From a virus (lineage: Duplodnaviria; Caudoviricetes), in the IMG/VR virus record IMGVR_UViG_3300047554_000854, positions 1 to 53,918 of that record: DNA of 53,918 bases, one strand, 5' to 3'. Position numbers and translations under genes: made by a program. Shown in pieces: positions 27,567 through 36,391 of this stretch. How positions within the stretch are numbered: position 1 is the first letter of the stretch; every line of letters begins with the position of its first letter. The notes below the pieces were generated by a model, which made no database searches, was not told the origin of the DNA, and was given only the letters and a program-made list of their open reading frames with translations.

Positions 27567-27723
27567 CTTTTTTCACGGCTGGTATTCGTTTTTTCCGTAG
27601 AGTATGCTTCCGTTACCAATTCGTTACAGAAATAATGCGGATAATTCGTAAATTGTCGGATACCTATGGTATCCTTGTAGTAGTTGAAGTTGAAAGGTTC
27701 AACTCAACTGGAAGGGGAAACTA

Positions 27724-28005
27724 ATGGCAATGCCTAGTGTTTCGAAAATCCGCAAGGATGAGTGGCAGACTCTCTATGAGAGTGGATTAGTCAAGGTTGA
27801 GCGTGCGGAAGTCTATCTAGTGAATGTAATGGGCAGTAAGTATGAAATTTGCTCGCACGACACTCACGGAGCGTTTTACGCAGACTTTTACCGCATTACG
27901 AATGTTCGCACGAACAAGGTGAAAATCTTTTGGGGAGAAACTGGCTGGATGGACGCCCGCCGTTTCGCTAGCGACCTAGACTTCGGAGCGTTCGGCAGTA
28001 TCTAA
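27724..28005 (+). CDS. Hypothetical protein
   Basis: GAAGGGG RBS; FWGETGWMDARR. Confidence 0.8.
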   Translation: MAMPSVSKIRKDEWQTLYESGLVKVERAEVYLVNVMGSKYEICSHDTHGAFYADFYRITNVRTNKVKIFWGETGWMDARRFASDLDFGAFGSI

Positions 28006-28208
28006 GCCACGCACCGAACAAGGGAGTAAGCCTTCGGGCTTGCTCCCTTTTCGCTTGCTCGCTTCGGCTTCTTTCTCTCGCGGGCGGGCGTATTCGTTTT
28101 TTCAATGGCCACGACACTATACGGAATGGATTATGATTTTTCGGCCATCTATGTTACGATTGTAGTAACAAGCAAGGGCGAATAGAAGTAGCCCAAAAGG
28201 GGAAACAA

Positions 28209-28343
28209 ATGAACACTTGTCCACTATGCGGAAACGCAACTCACTCGCACCTCGGAGTCTATTTCGAGATTGAGTATGTAGACACAAACGAAGTTGTAAA
28301 AGATGTCTGCCGTCAATGCTACGATAAAGCCCTAGGCCGATAA
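28209..28343 (+). CDS. Small zinc-finger protein, 44 aa (not in ORF track)
   Basis: AAAAGGGG RBS; CPLCG...CRQC. Confidence 0.7.
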   Translation: MNTCPLCGNATHSHLGVYFEIEYVDTNEVVKDVCRQCYDKALGR

Positions 28344-28348
28344 GGAGA

Positions 28349-28588
28349 ATGGCGATGAGCAACTACGAAGGTTCAATGATGGGGTCGGGTATCTACTCAG
28401 AGGAGATTACCCGAGTAGTCGAATGCCCTAGCGAGAAGTGTGACTACAACGGCGAAGTGGAGTTAGTCACGGATGACTGGAAACGCTACGCATACGGCGA
28501 ATGCCCGAAGTGTGACGGCGACATCGAACTAGACATTAGCCCTGATGAGGATGAATACGAAACTCACTTCAACAATGACGGCGAGTAG
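28349..28588 (+). CDS. Small zinc-finger acidic protein
   Basis: AAGGAG RBS; CPSEKC...CPKC. Confidence 0.75.
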   Translation: MAMSNYEGSMMGSGIYSEEITRVVECPSEKCDYNGEVELVTDDWKRYAYGECPKCDGDIELDISPDEDEYETHFNNDGE

Positions 28589-28775
28589 TCGTCCATAGGC
28601 CGAAGTAAGCCCTTGCGGAAACGCAAGGGTTTTCTTTTGACTTCCACGGCGTATTCGTTTTTTCCGTAATCACGACACACAAAAATAGATAGCTAAATAA
28701 GTTGCGCTATCTGGCGTTTGTTTGGTAGAATCTAGGTAGCAACAAAAAACCAAACCAAACAAAGGGGCAAACAAA

Positions 28776-29084
28776 ATGGGAAACACAAACGCAGGAGTAG
28801 TAACTAAGGCTCTAAAAGCGAACGGCTTTGAGCAAGCGCAGTGGAACAAGGTCGGCGTAACTACTTGGAATGACGGCTTTATCACCGAGCGTGCTGGCAA
28901 CTTCAACAACTCGGTCGCGGTTAGCTGGTTGTTCGCTGGCTCTTACCGCACTCTCACCGCCGATGAAGTGGCAATCACCAAACAGAACCTAGCCGAAATG
29001 GCGATAACCCTAAACAAGCGTGGCTACGCAACAAAGATTATGGGCGGGAACGAGCCTTGGCTCTTGGTGAGCAAGTCCGCCTAA
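28776..29084 (+). CDS. Hypothetical protein
   Basis: AAAGGGG RBS. Confidence 0.8.
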   Translation: MGNTNAGVVTKALKANGFEQAQWNKVGVTTWNDGFITERAGNFNNSVAVSWLFAGSYRTLTADEVAITKQNLAEMAITLNKRGYATKIMGGNEPWLLVSKSA

Positions 29085-29321
29085 TCGTTCAGTATCAGGA
29101 ACGCTCTGCCGATAGGCAGGGCGTTTCTTTTTTGCTAATGCGAAGTGGCGTTATGTGGAAGTGCGCTCCCGTAGTCGCTGGCTCACGGGTCGTATTCGTT
29201 TTTTCCGTATGCGAGGACACGACAACAAAAAAGATAATCTATTGACTTGACTTATGCGATACAAAATGTTAGACTTGCTCCGTGCCAACGGCGCAACCAA
29301 ATCCTAGAAAGGGGATTTCAA

Positions 29322-29567
29322 ATGTCTGAACTTCTATCCGTTCGTGCGGTGTTCAAATACCGCAAGGTAGCCGAGCGTAATGTGTTCAAACTCTATCCGT
29401 CCTCGGGTATCACATTCAACGCCCTAGACATTAGGGTCGTCCACCAATGGGGCGTTTACTTCGTTGGTCATGTCGTCACGCCCGAAGCAGTCGCAACGAG
29501 TTGGATAAACCCGAAAGACTTGATTGAGATTGCGGACTACGCTGACTCGCGCTCTATGAAAGATTAG
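29322..29567 (+). CDS. Hypothetical protein
   Basis: GAAAGGGG RBS, ATG 29322. Confidence 0.7.
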   Translation: MSELLSVRAVFKYRKVAERNVFKLYPSSGITFNALDIRVVHQWGVYFVGHVVTPEAVATSWINPKDLIEIADYADSRSMKD

Positions 29568-29694
29568 AGTTGCGGTTCGCAAGTTGTATTCGTTTTTTCC
29601 GTATGCTCTGTGGACACGGCTGGCTGGGGATTCGATTTGCGCTTTGTCGGTGGGTCGTGATAGACTGGTCGCAGACCAGTTGAAAGGGGTTCAA

Positions 29695-29862
29695 ATGAAC
29701 AAGGCAAACGAAGCCAGACGCAAGGCAGAAGCAAACGCACTTGCGCTAATCCTGCGTGAGCGTTCACGCTCTAACGCTTCTGGCGTTCACGGCAACAAGG
29801 CAACCAAGCGTGCGAACACCCGTTCCGCAAGCAAGGCTAAGGCACTAAGGGAGTGGGCGTAA
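29695..29862 (+). CDS. Small basic protein
   Basis: RSRSNASGVH...R..TRS...KALREW. Confidence 0.75.
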   Translation: MNKANEARRKAEANALALILRERSRSNASGVHGNKATKRANTRSASKAKALREWA

Positions 29863-30290
29863 TGGCGAAACTTCTAGTGCTTCAAGGGCTACCCGCTAGT
29901 GGCAAGTCTACCTATGCTCGCGAGTTGCTGGCTTCGTATCCTGCGGGCTACGCTCTGCGGGTGAATAATGATGACCTAGCCACGATGCTATTTGGCACGG
30001 CGTTTGGTGGCGGAGAAAAGTCGGCGCAACTTCTAGGCAAAGTGCGTGCGGACTTGGTGCGTCAAGCGTTTCGCAATGGCTACGCTCTGGTGATTATGGA
30101 CAACACAAACCTAAACCCGAAGGCAGTCAAGGCGTTAGAGAAACTTGCGGAGAGTTGCGGGGCGGAGTTTGAGTTAGACAACTCATTTACTAGCGTGCCG
30201 ATTAGAGAGTGTCTGCGGAGAAATGCCACACGGGAAAATCCTGTTCCCGAAAAAGTCATTCTGGAAATGGCTCGCTTCATCGGGGACTAA
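29862..30290 (+). CDS. P-loop kinase, polynucleotide-kinase-like (AAA_33)
   Basis: GLPASGKST, DNTNL, CLRRNATRENPVPEKVI. Confidence 0.8.
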   Translation: MAKLLVLQGLPASGKSTYARELLASYPAGYALRVNNDDLATMLFGTAFGGGEKSAQLLGKVRADLVRQAFRNGYALVIMDNTNLNPKAVKALEKLAESCGAEFELDNSFTSVPIRECLRRNATRENPVPEKVILEMARFIGD

Positions 30291-30348
30291 TCACCAAAAC
30301 CAGAAACCTTTACAATAGAACCACACTAACAATAGAGAGTAGGTTGCT

Positions 30349-30543
30349 ATGGTTTGGATTCAAACGAACTTCACCGCAGAGTCTATGAACACGGGTCAGG
30401 CTAAGAAGCCTGCTGTTGCCGAGGTGAAGCCTGTTGTTGCCAAGAAAAAGGCAACCAAGGTTGAGCCAGTCGCTACACCCGTAGTCGCAGAACCCGAAGC
30501 CGTTGCTGTTGAGCCAGAGGTCGTTGAACCCGAAGCAGAGTAG
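30349..30543 (+). CDS. Low-complexity small protein
   Basis: Ala/Val/Pro/Glu/Lys-rich, terminator downstream. Confidence 0.6.
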   Translation: MVWIQTNFTAESMNTGQAKKPAVAEVKPVVAKKKATKVEPVATPVVAEPEAVAVEPEVVEPEAE

Positions 30544-30862
30544 TAGCAAGGCTTAGAAAATCCCCCGCTGAAAAGTTGGGGGATTTTTCTTTGCGGTGAG
30601 CGTATTCGTTTTTTCGCTATCATCTCACGGTAAACTTTCAACTAATAAAAAGTTTTGCGTTTGAACTTGACTTTTCGTTCTAGGGGTGGTAGACTGCTTT
30701 TAGCAGTCGTGGCAAGGCTCCCTCGGGATTGTCCGCCTCGCACCTGTCGGTTCTTTCAAAACTCCATACGCACGAGATTTCGCCCCCGAAAACTTCGGGG
30801 TTCTTCTGGTATCAACATAGACGGGCTAGCACCCATAACTGCTGTGAAAGGGGTTGATTTTT

Positions 30863-30973
30863 ATGGAAGATGATTTCTACGAACCTGACGAAAGTTGGTT
30901 TGACGCAGACGCTCTGGCTTCTGCGGGGTTTGGCACTGATGAAGATTACGGCTACTTTGGCGGTGATGAATAG
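30863..30973 (+). CDS. Small acidic protein, 36 aa (not in ORF track)
   Basis: GAAAGGGG RBS; DALASAGFGTDEDYGY. Confidence 0.7.
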   Translation: MEDDFYEPDESWFDADALASAGFGTDEDYGYFGGDE

Positions 30974-31157
30974 TTAGACCTCTCTTGTGCGTATGGGGTT
31001 ACGAAAGAACCTAGTTTTTTTGTGCGGTTGATGTATTCGTTTTTTCCGTATCGTGTGGGGACACGGCGAGTTTTGGCGTGATGGCTTGCTATTGTCTGCG
31101 GTATGTGATAGACTACTTGTGTAGTCAAATGGCTACCTAAATGAAAGGGCAGTAAAA

Positions 31158-31358
31158 ATGATTCACAGTCTAGTTGTCGAAATCGAACAGGCAAACGGAA
31201 ACACCTTGACCCCAATCTACGAGTGCCACGGCGCACGCAAGTTTGCCGAGTTTGTTGAGTGGCACGAGCAGAACCTAAGCGAGGGTTCTACGGCAGTGCT
31301 AAAAGGTTTCGACTACAACCAAGAAACCCCCGAAGTTGTTTGGACTATCAAGCGATAG
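31158..31358 (+). CDS. Hypothetical protein, paralog of 33555
   Basis: Shared PIYECH...FAEFV.WHE.NL...LKGFDYN. Confidence 0.8.
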   Translation: MIHSLVVEIEQANGNTLTPIYECHGARKFAEFVEWHEQNLSEGSTAVLKGFDYNQETPEVVWTIKR

Positions 31359-31564
31359 CCGAAAGCGAGAAGCCCCCTGCGAAAGCGGGGGGTTTCTTTT
31401 TTGTCTGCGGGTTAGTGCTAAGTTGCGGGGAAGCGTGCTGAAAAAACGAATACACTACACGGCAGCCAGACGACGCCTGGGGTGTGTCGATTTGCTTTGT
31501 GTCGGTGGTTCGTGGTAGGCTTAGGTCATAAGCCGAAAGGTTCGGCAGAAAGCAAAGGGACAAA

Positions 31565-31855
31565 ATGAAACTTCTAACTCAGGAAATCCGCAAGGCACTT
31601 CCAGCACTCTACTCGCAGGACGGACTAGGAACTAACCAAGTTGCCGTAGTCAAGTTCTTCGACCCTACGGGTTCTTGGACTTGGTATGCGAGCGAGTTTG
31701 ACGGCGAGGACTTGTTCTTCGGACTTGTGGACGGGTTCGAAAAGGAACTTGGCTACTTCTCGCTAAGCGAGTTGGAAAGCCTAGAACTTCCGTTTGGGCT
31801 ACGGATTGAGCGTGACCTACACTTCACGCCTAGACCAATCAGCGAGCTTCTCTAA
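31565..31855 (+). CDS. DUF2958-like protein
   Basis: [16 protein letters not shown]...[19 protein letters not shown]...IERD. Confidence 0.8.
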   Translation: MKLLTQEIRKALPALYSQDGLGTNQVAVVKFFDPTGSWTWYASEFDGEDLFFGLVDGFEKELGYFSLSELESLELPFGLRIERDLHFTPRPISELL

Positions 31856-32026
31856 GCCAGCGAGCGAGCGACCGCCTAGCCGAAAGGTTGGGCGGTTTCT
31901 TGCGTGCGGGAGTGCGTATTCGTTTTTTCCGTTGCTCTCACCGCGACACGCTGGACACGGAGAGATGTAGCAAAATGTCTGCGGGGTATGGTAGGCTTGA
32001 CTTACAAGCCAGAGAAAGGGTAACAA

Positions 32027-32278
32027 ATGGCAAGCAGTATCGTAGTAGAGCAGAACCAGCAGACCGCTATGGCGTTTGTGCGTAGGTTGGTAGGCGGGGA
32101 CTTACTCGCCTATTTCCAGAGCGAGCAAGCAATCGCAAAGGCGTTTGCGGAGTGCGGGCGTAACACGGACATCCAGCGACTAACCACGAACTATGTCTGG
32201 GGTTCGTATGACCGAGCAAGCCACAATAAGCAAGCCCTAGAAGCCAAGTTGCGGGAAGTGTTCGGGCTACCCGCCTAG
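32027..32278 (+). CDS. Hypothetical protein
   Basis: GAAAGGG RBS. Confidence 0.75.
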   Translation: MASSIVVEQNQQTAMAFVRRLVGGDLLAYFQSEQAIAKAFAECGRNTDIQRLTTNYVWGSYDRASHNKQALEAKLREVFGLPA

Positions 32279-32503
32279 CCGAGCAGAACTAGCAGACCCC
32301 TAGCGAGAGTGCTAGGGGTTTTGCTTTATGCGGGTTAGTGCGAAGTTGCGGGTGTGTCTGCGGGTGTATTCGTTTTTTCCGTAGCGTGCGACACGGGCAA
32401 ACTTTTTGGCGTATGGATTTGACTTCACCGCCAAACTAAGGTAGGCTATGGGTATAGCCAAAAGGTTATAGCAATACACACCACTAGAAGCAAAGGGAAA
32501 CAA

Positions 32504-32824
32504 ATGACCACCAAAGTAGCAACCAAGACCCAGACCGCCACCACTTCGGTAGAACTTACCGCTAAGGGCGTGCGTGCGTTGAAGGCGTTCACGAAGGCAA
32601 AAGAAGCCGAAGCGAAGGCGAAGGCACTCAAAGCAAAGGCAGAAGCAATCCTGCGTGCGGAACTAGGCGAAGCAACTAAGGCGACCATTGAAGGCGTTGC
32701 GGTTGCGAGCGTAGTTGCGAGCGTGAACACTTCGTTTGACCGCGACCTAATGAAGGCGGTTTATCCAGAAGCCTTCGGTGCTTGCTTGAAGGCAACACCA
32801 TACACCTACATCAAGACCGCCTAG
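32504..32824 (+). CDS. Hypothetical protein, paralog of 12435 and 19626
   Basis: ILRAELG...FDRDLMKAVYPEAF. Confidence 0.8.
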   Translation: MTTKVATKTQTATTSVELTAKGVRALKAFTKAKEAEAKAKALKAKAEAILRAELGEATKATIEGVAVASVVASVNTSFDRDLMKAVYPEAFGACLKATPYTYIKTA

Positions 32825-32993
32825 CGGTTCGTGCGGTTCGCCCGCTAGCCCTTCGGGGTTAGCGGGTGTTCGTGCGTTTGCGGGTGTTCGTGCGTGCGTG
32901 CGGTGTATTCGTTTTTTCCGTATCGCAAACACGGCGAGCAACACGGCTGGGCTTGGACTTGACTTGGGCGAGCTTCGGGTGTAGGCTTTGAGT

Positions 32994-33134
32994 ATGGTGA
33001 ACATTACAAAGATTAGAAACACTTTTGGGCGAGTGCTTGCGGGCTTCGTCAAGCGTATCGGTAGCGTGGGCTTTACGGCTTGGAAGGCTTGCGAGTGGGC
33101 AAGTTTTCGACTACACCGCTGGGCGAGCAAGTGA
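32994..33134 (+). CDS. Small protein, 46 aa, leaderless (not in ORF track)
   Basis: TAGGCT -10 at 32982, ATG 32994, GTGA overlap with next gene. Confidence 0.55.
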   Translation: MVNITKIRNTFGRVLAGFVKRIGSVGFTAWKACEWASFRLHRWASK

Positions 33135-33328
33135 GTAACTTGGCGGGCGTTGCCTTCGTGCTTAGGTGCGTAGGTGGCGGGCTAGTCTTTATGTGGCTAG
33201 CGTCTTTCGTTATTGGCTATCAAGCCGATAGCGTGCGACCAATGTTTTTCTTTCTTGCGGTGGCGTTTTATTTCGTTGCTTGGCAAGTGAGCAAGGCAGA
33301 CACCGAAAGGCAAGACATCACGGATTAG
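33131..33328 (+). CDS. Small membrane protein
   Basis: Two hydrophobic segments. Confidence 0.55.
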   Translation: MSNLAGVAFVLRCVGGGLVFMWLASFVIGYQADSVRPMFFFLAVAFYFVAWQVSKADTERQDITD

Positions 33329-33349
33329 TCTGCGGTGCTATAATAGAAT

Positions 33350-33455
33350 CTCCCCTAGGCTTATCCCCTTTCGCCTAGGTGAGTAGAGTGCGGGAATGTT
33401 CGCCCCTTTCTCCCCGCGACTCCGAAAAAGGCTAGGCTTTTGTCTAGCCTTTTTT
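33350..33455 (+). ncRNA. Candidate ~105-nt sRNA with two CCCCUUUC loops
   Basis: Extended -10 TGcTATAAT (33336-33344), two hairpins, terminator 33425-33455. Confidence 0.7.
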
Positions 33456-33554
33456 GTTACCCTTTTGTTATCGTATTGACTTGACTTTTATGCGGTTAGG
33501 TGTTAGACTACTTATGTAGTCAAAAGGATTACACAAAACGAAAGGGCAACAAAA

Positions 33555-33758
33555 ATGGCAATCCACACTCTAAGCGTAGAAATCCACTACCACAACGGCG
33601 ACAAACTAAACCCAATCTACGAGTGCCACTCGGAAGAAAAGTTTGCTGAGTTTGTGGCTTGGCACGAAGCGAACTTGCCGATGAACACAACTACACTTCT
33701 AAAAGGTTTTGACTACAACAACTCGATTCCTGAAATCGTGCGGATAATCGTCAAGTAG
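33555..33758 (+). CDS. Hypothetical protein, paralog of 31158
   Basis: Same motifs as 31158. Confidence 0.8.
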   Translation: MAIHTLSVEIHYHNGDKLNPIYECHSEEKFAEFVAWHEANLPMNTTTLLKGFDYNNSIPEIVRIIVK

Positions 33759-33968
33759 TTAGGCAAGAAAAACCCTCGCTGAAAGGCGGGGGTTTTTTCT
33801 TTTGTCTGAACTTCTGATTAGTCTGCGGTTAGGCGTATTCGTTTTTTCACGAGTGCTTGGCGGGCGGGCGGGTGAGCGAGTGCGTTACTATTTTGTTATC
33901 TTTGTAACTTGACTTTATGCGGTGAGAGTGTTAGGCTTATAGCAAGCCTAATGAAAGGGGTAAAAGAA

Positions 33969-34190
33969 ATGTTAGTCAAAGTTATTCCGCGTTGTAACAA
34001 CCTAGTAACCGACACAACTAAGGCGGGCAATGTTGCTTGTTGCGGTAGGGTCGCTTGGTTCGGGATTACCCTAGCGAGTGGCGTAATCCATAACGCTTGC
34101 GTGGACTGCGTGGCAAAACGCTTGGCTATTCTTGCGGATAGCCTAGACACCGCTAGCGTTGTGTTCTACATAAAGGACAAAAAAGATTAG
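33969..34190 (+). CDS. Hypothetical Cys-containing protein
   Basis: GAAAGGGG RBS, ATG 33969. Confidence 0.7.
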   Translation: MLVKVIPRCNNLVTDTTKAGNVACCGRVAWFGITLASGVIHNACVDCVAKRLAILADSLDTASVVFYIKDKKD

Positions 34191-34273
34191 TCAAGTCGCT
34201 TGACTTTTCTAGTCTGCGGTGATAGAATAAACTTAGTTGCTACTTGGCAACTTGATTAGAGAAAAGGGAACAA

Positions 34274-34552
34274 ATGATTTTCAATCGTGACTACTTCGAA
34301 AAGGGCGAGGTTGCGGGCGGGCTAGTTGTAAGGGTAAAAGATTACGCTGGCTTAGTCGTAGACACCCGAACCTTTATCGGCGAACCTGCGGGCAAGTATG
34401 TTCTAACGCTTGCTTGGAGTGGCGGGCGAGAAACCAAACACTTCGACACCTTCGCAAAAGCCTTGGCTATGTCTGGCGGGTATTGGGCAAGGCAAGCAAT
34501 CTGGCACGAAACTTCGGAAGGCAAAAGAAAGCGAGTGCTTCGCTGGCAGTAG
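34274..34552 (+). CDS. Hypothetical protein
   Basis: GAAAAGGG RBS, own promoter and terminator. Confidence 0.75.
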   Translation: MIFNRDYFEKGEVAGGLVVRVKDYAGLVVDTRTFIGEPAGKYVLTLAWSGGRETKHFDTFAKALAMSGGYWARQAIWHETSEGKRKRVLRWQ

Positions 34553-34822
34553 CCTAGCAAATAGCAACCCGTCAAGTTGAACACTTGGCGGGTTTGCTTT
34601 TGTCTGCGGTGAAAGCGTGAAAGAAAGTTTTAGTTTCTTTCACAACTTCGCATTAGTGTTAGCGTGAAGAAATCGTTTGGACACAAACGAGTTTGCTCTG
34701 CGGTAAGCGTTCAGAGTGTTATCGTTTTGTTATAAATGTTTGCTAGTATAACTTGACTTTTTTTGTCTGCGGTGTTAGACTTACCCCATAAGTCGAAAGG
34801 TTCGGCTTATGAAAGGGAAGAA

Positions 34823-35023
34823 ATGAACAAGTTAGTTATCGTGAAATCGGTGGCAATCGTCAAGGCAGTCGCTAAGGGCGTGGCAGTCGCAACCGAAAAG
34901 AAAGCAACTACAAACCGAACCGCTAAGGTTGCTAACGAGGTGGCTAAGTGCGTTGCTGACTTGGGACTAAACCCCGTCAAGAGTATTGAGAGAGTGAACA
35001 AACTAATCGAAACCCTGCGGTAA
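34823..35023 (+). CDS. Small basic protein
   Basis: GAAAGGG RBS, ATG 34823. Confidence 0.7.
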   Translation: MNKLVIVKSVAIVKAVAKGVAVATEKKATTNRTAKVANEVAKCVADLGLNPVKSIERVNKLIETLR

Positions 35024-35238
35024 TCGTTTAGACAAACCCCGCTTAGTCGAAAGGCTAGGCGGGTTTTGTTTTGCTCGCTTGCTTGCTTTGTCTGCGGTGG
35101 CTAGTGTATTCGTTTTTTCTGTATGCTCGGCGGGCGGGCTAGTAAGTAGAAAGTTTTTTATTTAGGTGCTTGACTTTCTGCGGTGAGAGTGTTAGACTAC
35201 TAGTGTAGTCAAAAGGCTACTAAACGAAAGGGTAAAGA

Positions 35239-35451
35239 ATGAACAACAAGGCGAGAGAAACAAGGGCGGGCTTTGCGTTAGGTTCGCTAGGCTTGGCTAT
35301 GTTTTTAGGTGCTGATGCTTGGGCTAATCGCTTCACTTCGGACTATTATCACGAACAAGCAACACTAACAATCTTGGGCTTCGTTGCGGTGAGTGCTTCG
35401 CTATTCACTTGGAACGCTATCCAATACGCCCGACACCTTCGCAACAAGTAA
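35239..35451 (+). CDS. Small membrane protein
   Basis: Two hydrophobic segments; GAAAGGG RBS. Confidence 0.75.
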   Translation: MNNKARETRAGFALGSLGLAMFLGADAWANRFTSDYYHEQATLTILGFVAVSASLFTWNAIQYARHLRNK

Positions 35452-35499
35452 CGCCTAGCGAGTGAACGCCTAGCCAAAAGGCTAGGCGTTTGCTTTTGT

Positions 35500-36380
35500 C
35501 TGCGGTGAGTGCTTCGCTTGACTTTGTTAGTTGCTTGCTTCTTTGTAGTTGCTTCGCTAGGCGTGCTTGCTTCTTTGTCTGCGGTAATGCTTTGCTAGGT
35601 TACTTTGCTTCTTGCTTGCTTGCCTAGGCTAGTGCTTGGGCAGTTGCTTCTTGCTTAGTGCTTAGTTTGTAGTGTTATCACTTTGTTATCTAATACACTT
35701 GACTTTTATCTAACTACTGATAGAATAGTGATAGGCAGACTTCTTAGTGCGGTAAGCGTCTAGGCTTCGCTTCTTTGTGCTTTGCTTCTTGCTTCTAACT
35801 TCTTTGCTTTGTTTGTTAGTTGCTTGCTTTGCTTCGCTTTGCTTAGTGCTTTGCTTCTTTGTGCGGTGCTTGCTTCTAGGCGTATGCCTACACACCTACA
35901 CACCTACACACCTAGGCACTCATACACCTACACACCTAGGCACTTGCTTAGTGCTTAGTGCTACACACCTATACACCTACACGCCTAAGCTTTGCGGTAA
36001 TGCTTCACCCTACTCGCCTAGTGTTTGCGGTAATAGTGCTTAGAGTATCTAGCAACGCCTAGGCTTCACCTAACTAACTAGGTTGCTTCACTAGTGGCTT
36101 GGCTAGTGGCTTGGCTTGACTAACACTAACTATTGTTATACACTACTAGGCTACTAGGCTACACTCATACACTACTATTATACCTAGGCAATAGTGATTA
36201 GTCAAGTCTATTTCTGCGGTGATTACTTCTAGGCGTATGCCTAGCCTAGCCTAGTGTTAGGTGATACACCTAGGCACTCACCTACTTACCTACTCACCTA
36301 CTCACCTACTCACCTAGTCATTGACTTACTCACTCACCTACTCACTCACTCAACTACTCAACTACTCAACTACTCAACTA
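35500..36380. repeat. Low-complexity non-coding tract with short tandem repeats
   Basis: TTGCTT-rich block, then CCTACACA, ACTCACCT and ACTCAACT 8-mers; many CTAG. Confidence 0.8.
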
Positions 36381-36391
36381 GTCATCACTAA

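Noticed and set aside
16427-32085. ORFs or N-terminal extensions containing YSFFP, RIRFF, VFVFS, KNEY or EKTNT
   Set aside because: These are translations of box A and promoter DNA; RBS-supported starts lie downstream
35710-36043. ORFs 35710..35895 (-) and 35777..36043 (+)
   Set aside because: Products of low-complexity repeats, with no RBS
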